A DNA stretch of 64,000 bases from Candidatus Sumerlaeia bacterium. Lineage in GTDB: Bacteria; Sumerlaeota; Sumerlaeia; SLMS01; JANRJK01. Position 1 is the first letter of the stretch, and every line of letters begins with the position of its first letter. This document shows, in pieces, positions 9,854 through 18,430 of this stretch. Below the pieces are notes generated by a model. That model made no database searches and was not told the origin of the DNA. It worked only from the letters and a program-made list of their open reading frames with translations. Made by a program: the position numbers and the translations under genes. The stretch lies in NCBI GenBank assembly GCA_033764015.1, contig JANRJK010000005.1, positions 17,659 through 81,658 on the forward strand. The letters run 5' to 3'.

Positions 9854-12067
9854 TCAGGCGTCGATGCCGGCGGCGCGGAGGAAGCGCTCCAGCGTTTCCA
9901 CCACGTCGGAGCGGACGTGGAGGAAATCGTCCACGCCGGCTTCGCGGAGCGCGGTGACCGCGTCGTCCGGGTAGCCGGCCACGACCACGTAGGCGCCCTT
10001 CGCGGCGGCCTTCAGCGCGGGGCAGAACGCCTTGGCGAAGTCGAGGTAGGCGGGGTCCTCGCTGCAGAGGACGAAGACCTTGGCGCCGTCCGCGGCGCAG
10101 GCGGCGGCGGCTTCCGCGGGGTCCTTGAAGGCGGGCGGCTCGACCGGGAGGAGGCCTCCGGCGGTGACGAATCCCTGGGCGAAGCCGACGCGGGCGCGGC
10201 GCATGGCGGCGGCGCCGAAGGGCACGAGGAACGCGCGCGGCGGCGCGCCCCCGTTGGCCGCGCGCCACTTGTCGACCGCTTCGCGGAGCTTCTCGTACTC
10301 GTAGGCGAGGCGCTGCGGACGGATGGCGTCCGCGTAGACGATGGCGCCTTCGGCCCCGGCCGCGAGAGCGGCGAGGATCTCGCCGATCGTGGCGCCGGCT
10401 CCGGCGGCGGCGACCGCCGCTTCGAGCGTGTTGACCGAAGGCGTGTGCGCGGCGGTGGTCAGCGTGCCGAGGAGCTCGCGGACGCGGCTGTTGTGGCGGA
10501 CCGCCTTCAGGCGCGCGAGGCGGCGGCGGCGCTCCGCGAGGAACTCCTCCCGCGGCACGCGGCGGCTGGGGTGCGGAGTCTCCGAGGGGTTCGCGTAGTT
10601 GTTCACGCCGACCACGCTGAGGCGGCGCTGGCGCGCGAGCGCGCGCCGCTTGCCGGCGGATTCGCTGAGCGACTTCTGGATCGAGCCCGCCTTGACCGAG
10701 GCGAGCATTCCGCCCGCCGCTTCGATCGCCTGGAACTCCGCCCACGCGGCCCGCGCGAGCTGGTCCGTCAGCGACTCGAGGTAGTGGCTTCCCGCGGCGG
10801 CGTCGCAGACCTTCGTCAGGTAGCCCTCCTCCATCAGGATGAGCTGCTGGTTGCGCGCGAGGCGCATCGAGAAGTCGTCCGGGCGGCCGATGTTCTCGTC
10901 GAAGGGCGCGACGTAGAGCGAGTCGCAGCCGCCCACCACCGCGGCGAAGGCCTCGACCGTCGAGCGGATCAGGTTGTTGTACGGATCGTACGCGGACTTG
11001 GTGATGGTGCTGGTGCGGGCGTGGAGGAACATTTTCATCGAGTCGTCCATCTTCGCGCCGAACGCCTTGACGATCTTGGCCCAGAGCATCCGGGCGGCGC
11101 GGAGCTTCGCGACTTCCATGAACAGGTTCGACGAGACCGAGAAGCTGAAGATCATCGAGAGGCCGGCGGTGTCGGGCGTGACGCCCCGCGCCACGAGCGC
11201 GCGGAGGTACTCGGCGCCGGTGGCCAGCGTCATCCCCAGCTCCTGCGTCGCCGTCGCGCCGGCGTTGTGCACCGGGTGGCTGTTCACCATGATCGGACGG
11301 ATCCCCGGGCTGCGGCTGGCGCAGTAGGCCACCATGTCGGCCATTTCGCGGAAGAGCAGTTCGAAGGGCGCGCGGCTGTGGCCGTTCTTCAGCAGGTCGC
11401 GGACCGGGTCGCACTCGACGGAGCCGACGAGGGCGTTCTTCGGGATGCCGCGCTCTTCGGCGAGCGCGAGCAGCATCGCGAGGACCGGCAGCGCCGAGGT
11501 CCCGGTGCGGATCGTGACGGGATAGCGTTCGAGGTCGAGGTCGGCGAGGGCGATGCGGAGGCCGTTGATCGAGCTGACGGTGCAGCCGCCGCGGCCGGCG
11601 AAGTCGCGGGCCTCGGGCTGGTCGCCGTCGAAGCCTTGGCGGGCGGCGTTGTCGAGGCGGAAGGCGATCGCCTTCTCGCCGCGGGCGAGGCCGTCGCGGA
11701 TCGCGCCGTTGACGTCCTCCGGCGCGGGCAGCACGCAGTCCTGGCGGATCTGCCAAGAGGGGGCGACGCCGCTGAGGGGCCAGTTGCCGCGGACAAAGGG
11801 GGCGAATCCGGGGAGGCTGCCCTTGTGGGGCGCGTCACCGCTGTTGGAGGCATCGTAAAGAGGCTGGACCGTCAGGCCCTCGAGCGTCTTCCAGAGGAGC
11901 TTCTTGTCGAAGGGTTCGCCCTTCAAGTCCTTCTCCGCCAACACTTTCCAGTCGTCCCAGGAAGGGATCGGGAAGTCTTCGGCGAGGTGGAGTGAGGGGG
12001 CCGTATCGGGGCCTTCCTCGCGCCATGTGTCGGCGGTGGAGGGGGCGAAGTCTTGCTTGGAGGCCAT
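9854..12067 (-). CDS. mutA: methylmalonyl-CoA mutase, small subunit
   Basis: Mutase fold ([32 protein letters not shown]) lacking the DxHxxG motif. Confidence 0.9.
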   Translation of the reverse strand: MASKQDFAPSTADTWREEGPDTAPSLHLAEDFPIPSWDDWKVLAEKDLKGEPFDKKLLWKTLEGLTVQPLYDASNSGDAPHKGSLPGFAPFVRGNWPLSGVAPSWQIRQDCVLPAPEDVNGAIRDGLARGEKAIAFRLDNAARQGFDGDQPEARDFAGRGGCTVSSINGLRIALADLDLERYPVTIRTGTSALPVLAMLLALAEERGIPKNALVGSVECDPVRDLLKNGHSRAPFELLFREMADMVAYCASRSPGIRPIMVNSHPVHNAGATATQELGMTLATGAEYLRALVARGVTPDTAGLSMIFSFSVSSNLFMEVAKLRAARMLWAKIVKAFGAKMDDSMKMFLHARTSTITKSAYDPYNNLIRSTVEAFAAVVGGCDSLYVAPFDENIGRPDDFSMRLARNQQLILMEEGYLTKVCDAAAGSHYLESLTDQLARAAWAEFQAIEAAGGMLASVKAGSIQKSLSESAGKRRALARQRRLSVVGVNNYANPSETPHPSRRVPREEFLAERRRRLARLKAVRHNSRVRELLGTLTTAAHTPSVNTLEAAVAAAGAGATIGEILAALAAGAEGAIVYADAIRPQRLAYEYEKLREAVDKWRAANGGAPPRAFLVPFGAAAMRRARVGFAQGFVTAGGLLPVEPPAFKDPAEAAAACAADGAKVFVLCSEDPAYLDFAKAFCPALKAAAKGAYVVVAGYPDDAVTALREAGVDDFLHVRSDVVETLERFLRAAGIDA

Positions 12068-12090
12068 GGGAGCTTGATCCGTCGCGTTCG

Positions 12091-12130
12091 GGTGACAATA
12101 GGGAGATTCATTGTCCCCGATTGGGTCAAG
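12091..12130 (-). promoter_or_regulatory. candidate promoter/operator of the mut-mmd operon
   Basis: Minus-strand TTGACC beside the inverted repeat GACAAT(12094-12099)-N10-ATTGTC(12110-12115) in an AT-richer intergenic gap. Confidence 0.35.
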
Positions 12131-12165
12131 CGCAAATCGACATGGCTAAGCTCAATTGGCACATA

Positions 12166-13308
12166 TCACCACGCAGCCGAAACACGACGCAGCGCATCGA
12201 TTGCGCAGGAGATTTCCGCATCCGTCTGGTAGCCGTGCGGCGCGAGCCGCAGGAAACCCCGCCGGGCCACGCACACGACTCCTTCACGGGCGAGTGCTTC
12301 GGCCATGCGACCCATGTCGGCACCGCCGCGCATCGCGGCCACGATGCCGCAGCGCTCCTCACGCCGCTCGGGCGAGACTACATGGAACCCAAGCTGGATC
12401 AACGCTTCCCGCAGCGCATCCACGTGTCCCTGGATAGTCGCTTCGATGCGGTCGATACCGCGATCAAGGAAGAGTTCGAGGGAGGCCCCGAATCCGAGGA
12501 TGCCATCCACGTTTAGCGCGCCCTCCTCGAAGCGGCGCGCATCCCGGCGCGGCGGCAGCGCATGGTCCTCGTAGTCGGTGAAGCGTTCGCGGCCGCGCCA
12601 CGCGACCAGCGCGTCGTCGAGCTCGCCGATGGCTGCGGGGGCGACGTAGAGCAGGCCGCTGCCCTCGGGGCTGAGGAGCCACTTGTGCCCGCCCGCGCAA
12701 AGGAAATCCGCCCCGATGGCTCGGACATCGAGCGGGAACGCGCCGAGCGTCTGGATCGCATCCACGCAGAGGAGGGCGCCGTGCCGGCGGCAGAGCGAGC
12801 CGATGGCGGCAAGGTCCTGCCGCCAGCCGGTCGCGTAGTTGGCCGAGGCCACGGCGACGAGGCGGACCCCGCCCCGGCGTAGCCGCGCCTCCAGCTCGGA
12901 GAGGTCGTACCGGTAGGCGCGCTCGGGCCAGGTCCAGACCTCGGCGCCGAAGCGCCCGGCGGACTTCCAGCCGTACCAGTTCGCCGGGAACGTGGCGCCT
13001 TCCACCACGACCACATCGCCGGGCCGCCAGCGGATCGAGGTGGCGAGAAGCTGGAGGCCGTGGGTGGTTCCGCGGACGAAGGCGACGTCGTCCGGCGAGG
13101 CGGCGTTGAGGAGCTGCGCGGCGAGCACGCGGCATCGGCGTCCGCGCGCGGTCCAGCCCGGGTAGGCGGCGTAGCCGTACTCGGACGCCTCGCGCGCGTA
13201 CTCGACGAGGGAGTCGCGCGCGGCGGCGGTCAGCGGCGACACGCCGGCGTGGTTGAGGTAGACGGCGTTGCGCCGCGAGGGGAACTGCTCCGGGGCCCAG
13301 TCGTTCAC
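12166..13308 (-). CDS. class V PLP aminotransferase / cysteine desulfurase-like
   Basis: YLNHAGVSP, VDAIQTLG, GGHKWLLSPEG (PLP lysine), FEEG; GTG start at 13308 assumed. Confidence 0.85.
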   Translation of the reverse strand: MNDWAPEQFPSRRNAVYLNHAGVSPLTAAARDSLVEYAREASEYGYAAYPGWTARGRRCRVLAAQLLNAASPDDVAFVRGTTHGLQLLATSIRWRPGDVVVVEGATFPANWYGWKSAGRFGAEVWTWPERAYRYDLSELEARLRRGGVRLVAVASANYATGWRQDLAAIGSLCRRHGALLCVDAIQTLGAFPLDVRAIGADFLCAGGHKWLLSPEGSGLLYVAPAAIGELDDALVAWRGRERFTDYEDHALPPRRDARRFEEGALNVDGILGFGASLELFLDRGIDRIEATIQGHVDALREALIQLGFHVVSPERREERCGIVAAMRGGADMGRMAEALAREGVVCVARRGFLRLAPHGYQTDAEISCAIDALRRVSAAW

Positions 13309-13390
13309 GGCGTCGCCTCGTTGGGGGATGCCGGGATGGTGCGTCGCGGCGGGGTCGCTGCGCAAGCGCGCCGCCCCCCCACCGCGGGGA

Positions 13391-14158
13391 TCAGTCCTCG
13401 CCGCGCTTCTCCCACTTCTTCATTTCGGTGAGCTGGAAGCGGAGCATGTCGGGGATCTGGCGCTCCCAGAAGTTCCAGTCGTGGGCGCCCTGGCGCTCGT
13501 GGTAGACGTGGCGCAGGTTGTAACGCTTGAGCCACTGGTCGAGCGACTTCGCCTCCTCCAAGAGGAAATCGCGGTCGCCGACGATCACCTGGAACTCGGG
13601 GGATGTGTTGGCGTCGAGCTGGGAGAGCAGGTTGAGCAGCGTCGTATCCTCGTCGATGGGGCTGCCGAAGATGTCCTGCCACGCCACGTTGCGGTCCGCC
13701 TCGCCGCCGCGTCGCGACTCGAGGACCGCGGGGGAGAGTGCGCTGACGGCGCAGAACTGCTCGGGGTACTTGGCCGCGAGGTAGAGCGCGCCGTAGCCCC
13801 CCATGGATAGGCCGGCGATGCCCTGCGCGAAGCGGTCGGAGCGGATCGGCAGCGTGGTTTCGAGGAGCGGAATCAGCTCCATCATGAGAGCCGTCTCGAC
13901 GCCGCTCCGCCCGATGGGATCGCGATAGTAGGACACGTAGCCGTTCGGCATGGCGACCACGAGGGGATAGCCTTCGAGGTGGCGCTCGATGGCGGAGAAG
14001 CGCGTCCAGGCGGTGCAGTCGTCGGAGCGCCCGTGGAGCAGCAGCAGCAGGTTCCAGGGCGGCGGAACCTCGCGCGCGTCCGGAATCAGGAGTCGGCAGT
14101 CGGTCATGAAGCCGAGGGCGTTCGAGCGCCAGCGGAAGTCGGAGGAGATGACGGCCAT
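13391..14158 (-). CDS. esterase (alpha/beta hydrolase, tributyrin esterase/FrmB-like)
   Basis: LLLHG, AGLSMGGYGA nucleophile elbow, GAHDWNFW. Confidence 0.85.
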   Translation of the reverse strand: MAVISSDFRWRSNALGFMTDCRLLIPDAREVPPPWNLLLLLHGRSDDCTAWTRFSAIERHLEGYPLVVAMPNGYVSYYRDPIGRSGVETALMMELIPLLETTLPIRSDRFAQGIAGLSMGGYGALYLAAKYPEQFCAVSALSPAVLESRRGGEADRNVAWQDIFGSPIDEDTTLLNLLSQLDANTSPEFQVIVGDRDFLLEEAKSLDQWLKRYNLRHVYHERQGAHDWNFWERQIPDMLRFQLTEMKKWEKRGED

Positions 14159-14182
14159 TGCGGGCCTCCTTCTGGGGTGGGG

Positions 14183-15151
14183 TCAGAGTCGCGGCCGGCG
14201 GACCGCGTCCTTGGACGCGGGGGGGCGGACCAGGCTCGGCAGGATGCGCTTCCCGAGCGCCGAGCCGATGAGCTTCATGGCGACCTGCGCCGTCATGTTG
14301 CGTTCGTCGTAGAGGGGATTGATCTCGACCATGTCCATCGACAGGAGCTGGCCCGTGTCGGCGACCAGTTCCAAGGCGAGGTGCGCCTCGCGATAGGTCA
14401 GTCCGCCGAGGACCGGCGTTCCGACTCCGGGGGCGACCTGTGGATCGACCGAGTCGATGTCGAAGCTGAGGTGGAAGCCGACGGTGCCGCGGGTGACGAC
14501 CTCGATAGCATCGTGCATGACCGCGTTGAGGCCGCGTTCGTCGATGTCCCGCATCGTGAAGTAGCGGACGCCGCTCGCCTCGATGAGGCGTGCCTCGTCG
14601 GCGTCGATGTCGCGGATTCCGACGAGGGCGGTGTTCTCGCGGCGCACCTTGGGGGAGAAGCCGGCGATCTCGGTGAGTTCCGGTGCCCCGAGGCCGATGC
14701 ACGCGGCTAGCGGCATCCCGTGGACGCCGCCGCTGGGGGTCGTCTCGGGTGTGTTCATGTCGCCGTGCGCGTCGATCCAAAGCAGGCCAAGGCGCTCGCC
14801 GTGGCGCTGGCAGTAGCTGGCGCTTCCCGCCACCGTGCCGATGGCGATGGAGTGGTCGCCTCCGATGACGAGGGGGAAGTGCTTATGGTTCAGCGCGCCG
14901 AGCTGCCACTCCGACAGGCGCTGGCACAGGTCGGAGATCTCTTGCAGGTGGATCGCCTTCGGGTTGCCCGGGTCCTTGCGTTCGTGGACCGGGAAAGTGC
15001 CGCAGTCGTCGAGTTCGTGGCCCAGCCCGAGGATTTCGCGCTGGAGCCCTGTTGCGCAGAGCGCCCTGTAGCCGCCCTCGGCCCCGTAGCGGTGCGTTCC
15101 GAGGCTGGAGGGGACGCCGAGTAGGCGGACGTGGCGTGGGGCGGTGCTCAT
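14183..15151 (-). CDS. rocF: arginase
   Basis: GGDHSIAIG, DAHGDMNTPETTPSG.VHGMP, SFDIDSVDP, GVGTPV.GG, VEINP. Confidence 0.92.
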   Translation of the reverse strand: MSTAPRHVRLLGVPSSLGTHRYGAEGGYRALCATGLQREILGLGHELDDCGTFPVHERKDPGNPKAIHLQEISDLCQRLSEWQLGALNHKHFPLVIGGDHSIAIGTVAGSASYCQRHGERLGLLWIDAHGDMNTPETTPSGGVHGMPLAACIGLGAPELTEIAGFSPKVRRENTALVGIRDIDADEARLIEASGVRYFTMRDIDERGLNAVMHDAIEVVTRGTVGFHLSFDIDSVDPQVAPGVGTPVLGGLTYREAHLALELVADTGQLLSMDMVEINPLYDERNMTAQVAMKLIGSALGKRILPSLVRPPASKDAVRRPRL

Positions 15152-15249
15152 GTGCTCGGCCTGTTCGGAAATCGGCTTATCAAGCGCTTGAATAGCGCCG
15201 CGCGAGCAGTGGCGCAACGGTCAACTTGGCGGCGGCGGCAGCCGCGCGG

Positions 15250-15690
15250 TCAGTCGTCGAGCAACCTCGCCAGATCGAGCAGGTCCTGCGGCCGGCCGCT
15301 GGCCCGCTTGTTCGTGATCAGGTCCGCCTTCGAGATGATGAAGATGGGCACGCCGCCATAGGTGGCCTCGACGCGGTTCGGCCACGCCTCCTCGAAGGCG
15401 ACGCCATCAATCGTCGTGAGGATGTCGATCCGGTTGGGGGGGACGCCGAACTGGATCACGTTGTCCGGCTCGGTGAAGTCGGCCGTGGAAAGCTGCGAAA
15501 CCGGCGCACCGAACCGCTTCAGCGCCCGGAGGATTCGCCCGGCGTTCTCTGGGTTTCGCGCCACCCAGAGGTCGAAGTCCTTCGTGTATCTGGGCTCCGC
15601 AAAATGCATGTAGGCGTAAGCCCCCACCACAAGGCACTCAACGGCTTCGCTTGAAAACGCGGACAACAGATCTCTGAAGTCGATGTTCAA
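15250..15690 (-). CDS. minimal nucleotidyltransferase-fold protein (DUF6036-like)
   Basis: VVGAYA..H..PRYTKDFDLW, RIDILT and NKRASGRPQDLLD motifs. Confidence 0.75.
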   Translation of the reverse strand: MNIDFRDLLSAFSSEAVECLVVGAYAYMHFAEPRYTKDFDLWVARNPENAGRILRALKRFGAPVSQLSTADFTEPDNVIQFGVPPNRIDILTTIDGVAFEEAWPNRVEATYGGVPIFIISKADLITNKRASGRPQDLLDLARLLDD

Positions 15691-15853
15691 CCGGCTCCTG
15701 CCCCCTCATGAGATAGACCTCATCGAGCATTTGCCAAGCGGCTTCCCAGCGCCCTTCGACCCCCGCTTCGCGCCAGAAGCGGCGGTCGAACTCCTTTTCG
15801 GCTTCGCCGCGTTTCACGACTCGACATTGAACGACGCGGGGCTTGTCGGACAC
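15638..15853 (-). CDS. small partner protein of the nucleotidyltransferase (antitoxin-like)
   Basis: FDRRFW...R..AAW...RLQRSV pattern; GGAG RBS before GTG 15853; overlaps the downstream gene. Confidence 0.6.
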   Translation of the reverse strand: MSDKPRVVQCRVVKRGEAEKEFDRRFWREAGVEGRWEAAWQMLDEVYLMRGQEPVEHRLQRSVVRVFKRSR

Positions 15854-15929
15854 TTGGGGCTCTCCGGGCGATGGATGCTGCATGAATGGTCGCCGGTGAC
15901 CGCCGGAAAGTCAACGCCCCGCAGAAGCG

Positions 15930-15966
15930 CCGCGCGCCCCGGAGCGGTGTGCTCCGGGGCGCGCGG
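15930..15966 (-). terminator. 16-bp hairpin downstream of tRNA-Ser
   Basis: ccgcgcgccccggagc-GGTGT-gctccggggcgcgcgg perfect stem; weak U tail. Confidence 0.55.
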
Positions 15967-15976
15967 GGAAACCTGC

Positions 15977-16067
15977 TGGAGGTGGGAGAGGGATTCGAAC
16001 CCTCGAATGGCTGTTAACCATTACTCGCTTTCGAGGCGAGCGCCTTCAACCACTCGGCCATCCCACC
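15977..16067 (-). tRNA. tRNA-Ser(CGA)
   Basis: GGTGGGA/TCCCACC acceptor stem, CTCGC-CT CGA AA-GCGAG anticodon arm, long variable arm, GGTTCGAATCC T arm, encoded CCA. Confidence 0.96.
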
Positions 16068-16204
16068 TTTGGGGGCGCCGGAAGGGCGCCCGCACGGCAA
16101 GCGGCAAGGATGTTTCCGGGCCCACGCAGGTCAACGGCTAAGTAGCGCCAACGACCCCGGCCAGATACACGCCAACGGCCATCGCACTTAGCCCTCTTTG
16201 GGCC

Positions 16205-16234
16205 TTGACTACTCTCCGGGACCCTCGGTAGACC
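16205..16234 (+). promoter_or_regulatory. candidate sigma70-type promoter for the Cys-rich leader
   Basis: TTGACT (16205-16210), 18 nt spacer, TAGACC (16229-16234), just before TTG 16239. Confidence 0.4.
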
Positions 16235-16238
16235 TCCA

Positions 16239-16709
16239 TTGAAGAATGCTTTCCTCCGCCTCGTCTTTCTGGCGCTCGGCATTTTGGCGCTGCTCGCCGC
16301 CCCTGCTTCGGGATGGCGTCCGCTTCCCGACTGCGCGTCCATGGCGATGCCGACGGCGCCTCAGCACGCGGGCGGCTGTTGCGGTGGTGGAGGCGACGAG
16401 GCCTGCGGCGAGCCGCTGGCGGAACAGCTCCATCATGATTGCTGCGCGCCGATGGAGGCGTTCGGCACCCCCGCGCCCGACTGTCCGATGGCGTGCTGTC
16501 AAGTTTCCGCGGAATTGGACTTGTCGGACTCCCCGCAGCGACGCTTGGAACAGCCGTCCGCGGCGCACGCGCTACCCGGCGCACCGTGCGATGAGGTGTT
16601 GTGGTTTGAAGATCCTGGACAGCCTTTCGCCCCCATTGCCCATTCGGCGCACGCGCCGCCTCTGGCGAGGCGCGCCGCACCCCGGGGTCCGCCGCAAGTC
16701 TCCTGCTAG
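16239..16709 (+). CDS. secreted Cys-rich leader protein with C-terminal RGPP motif (DUF2946/CruR/CutF-like arrest peptide)
   Basis: Signal peptide, GCC/DCC/CPMACC clusters, C-terminus ...AAPRGPPQVSC*. Confidence 0.7.
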   Translation: MKNAFLRLVFLALGILALLAAPASGWRPLPDCASMAMPTAPQHAGGCCGGGGDEACGEPLAEQLHHDCCAPMEAFGTPAPDCPMACCQVSAELDLSDSPQRRLEQPSAAHALPGAPCDEVLWFEDPGQPFAPIAHSAHAPPLARRAAPRGPPQVSC

Positions 16710-16781
16710 AAGCCGCTCGATCCTGCCCGGGCCCGAGAAGGGCCGCGCTATCGACCCCGTGTTTCCCAAGGAGACGCCAAC

Positions 16782-17111
16782 ATGTTCAGCAAGATGCTCG
16801 TCCTTTCCGCGGCCTTCGTATTGGCCGCGATCGCCACGCCCGCGGGCGAGGCCGCCAAGTGCTGCGCCAAGGACTGCTGCAAGACCGAGTGCTGCGCCAA
16901 GTGCACCTGCAAGGACGGCTGCTGCAAGGCCGGCAAGTGCGCCGAGGACTGCGCCTGCTGCTGCGCGGACGCGGCCTGCAAGGCGGAGTGCTGCAAGGAC
17001 GGAAAGTGCTGCGGCGCGGATTGCTCGTGCAAGGATGCCGCCGCGGACTGCTGCAAGCCGAAGCAGGGCGACGCCAAGAAGCCCTGCTGCGGCGACAAGT
17101 GCGGCGGCTGA
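16782..17111 (+). CDS. secreted metallothionein-like Cys-rich protein
   Basis: AAGGAG RBS; signal peptide; 27 Cys in about 85 mature residues as CC/CxC/CCC with Lys/Asp spacers and no aromatics in the mature part. Confidence 0.85.
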   Translation: MFSKMLVLSAAFVLAAIATPAGEAAKCCAKDCCKTECCAKCTCKDGCCKAGKCAEDCACCCADAACKAECCKDGKCCGADCSCKDAAADCCKPKQGDAKKPCCGDKCGG

Positions 17112-17137
17112 TTCTTCCGCCGGCCCCGCCTAGCCAT

Positions 17138-17178
17138 GGCGCCCCCGGGAGCGAGCGCTCCCGGGGGCGCCGCTTTTT
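17138..17178 (+). terminator. rho-independent terminator
   Basis: 15-bp stem ggcgcccccgggagc/gctcccgggggcgcc followed by GCTTTTT. Confidence 0.85.
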
Positions 17179-17413
17179 GCCCTTCCCCGCGGCTAGGGCC
17201 GCATTGCGGGGATACCCGTCGACCCGCTCCCCTGGGCATCTTTTCGGGCCGCCATCAAGAGAAACCTCGCAGGAGCCGCGCTTCGGTTGGGGTCGGCGGG
17301 GTGCTTCAAACCCTGCTTGCCAGTGTGCGGTCGGCTCGTAAGCTGGCGCCCGTCACCAGATGGCGCCCAACGCCACGCGCCCCTGTCCGGCGCCAAGACA
17401 AAGGAGCAATCCC

Positions 17414-18409
17414 GTGAAGAACTTCCTCCGCGCCGCCGCCGCAATGGCCGCGCTCGCCGCCCTCTTCTCCGCGCCCGCCGTGGCCGACGACAAGTCCCCC
17501 GCCGCCGCGCAAGCCGAGGAGCGCATCCTCACGATCGGCGATCCGGCGCCCAAGATGGACATCGCCGAGTGGGTGAAGGGCGAGCCGGTGAAGGCCTTCG
17601 AGCCCGGCAAGGTCTACGTGGTCGAGTTCTGGGCGACCTGGTGCGGTCCGTGCATCCGCTCCATGCCCCACCTGACGGAGTTGCAGAAGCAGTACAAGGA
17701 CAAGGGCGTCACGGTCATCGGCGTGACCAGCGAGGACCCCGGCAACACGCTGGAGGCGGTGAACAAGATGGTCGCCGACAAGGGCGACACGATGTCCTAC
17801 ACCGTGGCGTGGGACAATGCGCGCAACACGAGCGCGAACTTCATGGAAGCGGCGCGCCAGCGCGGCATCCCGACGTCCTTCGTCGTGGACCAGCAGGGCA
17901 AGATCGCCTACATCGGCCACCCGATGAGCTTGGACGAGCCCTTGGCCAAGATCGTCGCCGGCGAGTGGGATCCGGCGGCTGCTAAGGCGCAGAAGGACCG
18001 CGAGGAGCGCCTGAACGCCTCGATGACCGAGTTCGCGGAGGCGGCCCAGTCGGGCGAGGGTGCCAAGGCGATGCAGTTGGCGAAGGCGCTCTTCGAGGGC
18101 GACGCGAAGGACGAGTCCGGCGCGCTGAACTGGATCGCCTGGGTGATCGTGGACCCGGAAAGCCCGATCACCGAGAAGGATTACGCGTTCGCGGTCAAGG
18201 TGGCGGAGCGCGCCTCGGAGCTGGAGAAGGGCAAGAGCGCGGAAATCCTCGACACGCTCGCGCACGCCTACGCCGGAGCGGGCGACCTCGCGAAGGCGGT
18301 CGCGACGCAGGAGCAGGCGGTCGCCGCCGCGGACGACGAGGAGATGAAGAAGCAGCTCGCGGAGTCGCTGGAGAAGTTCAAGTCCCGCCTCGGCAAGGGC
18401 GGAGAGTAA
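17414..18409 (+). CDS. exported TlpA/redoxin thiol-disulfide oxidoreductase with C-terminal TPR-like helices
   Basis: AAGGAG plus GTG 17414; signal peptide; EFWATWCGPC; GIPT cis-Pro; ILDTLAHAY. Confidence 0.88.
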   Translation: MKNFLRAAAAMAALAALFSAPAVADDKSPAAAQAEERILTIGDPAPKMDIAEWVKGEPVKAFEPGKVYVVEFWATWCGPCIRSMPHLTELQKQYKDKGVTVIGVTSEDPGNTLEAVNKMVADKGDTMSYTVAWDNARNTSANFMEAARQRGIPTSFVVDQQGKIAYIGHPMSLDEPLAKIVAGEWDPAAAKAQKDREERLNASMTEFAEAAQSGEGAKAMQLAKALFEGDAKDESGALNWIAWVIVDPESPITEKDYAFAVKVAERASELEKGKSAEILDTLAHAYAGAGDLAKAVATQEQAVAAADDEEMKKQLAESLEKFKSRLGKGGE

Positions 18410-18430
18410 ACCGGACCCATCGGAGACGAA

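Noticed and set aside
9828..11756. Apparent 1370-aa mutase with a long N-terminal extension
   Set aside because: The extension is an off-frame reading of mutA; the real mutB starts near 9827
12068..12165. Cobalamin riboswitch upstream of the mutase operon
   Set aside because: Gap is under 100 nt and no B12-box was recognisable
15200..16067. Integrative element at tRNA-Ser
   Set aside because: No integrase and no duplicated tRNA 3' end found by eye
16850..17105. Recurrent tgctgc/aag repeats as a CRISPR or tandem DNA repeat
   Set aside because: They are Cys-Cys-Lys codons; no constant repeat-spacer structure was seen anywhere in the window
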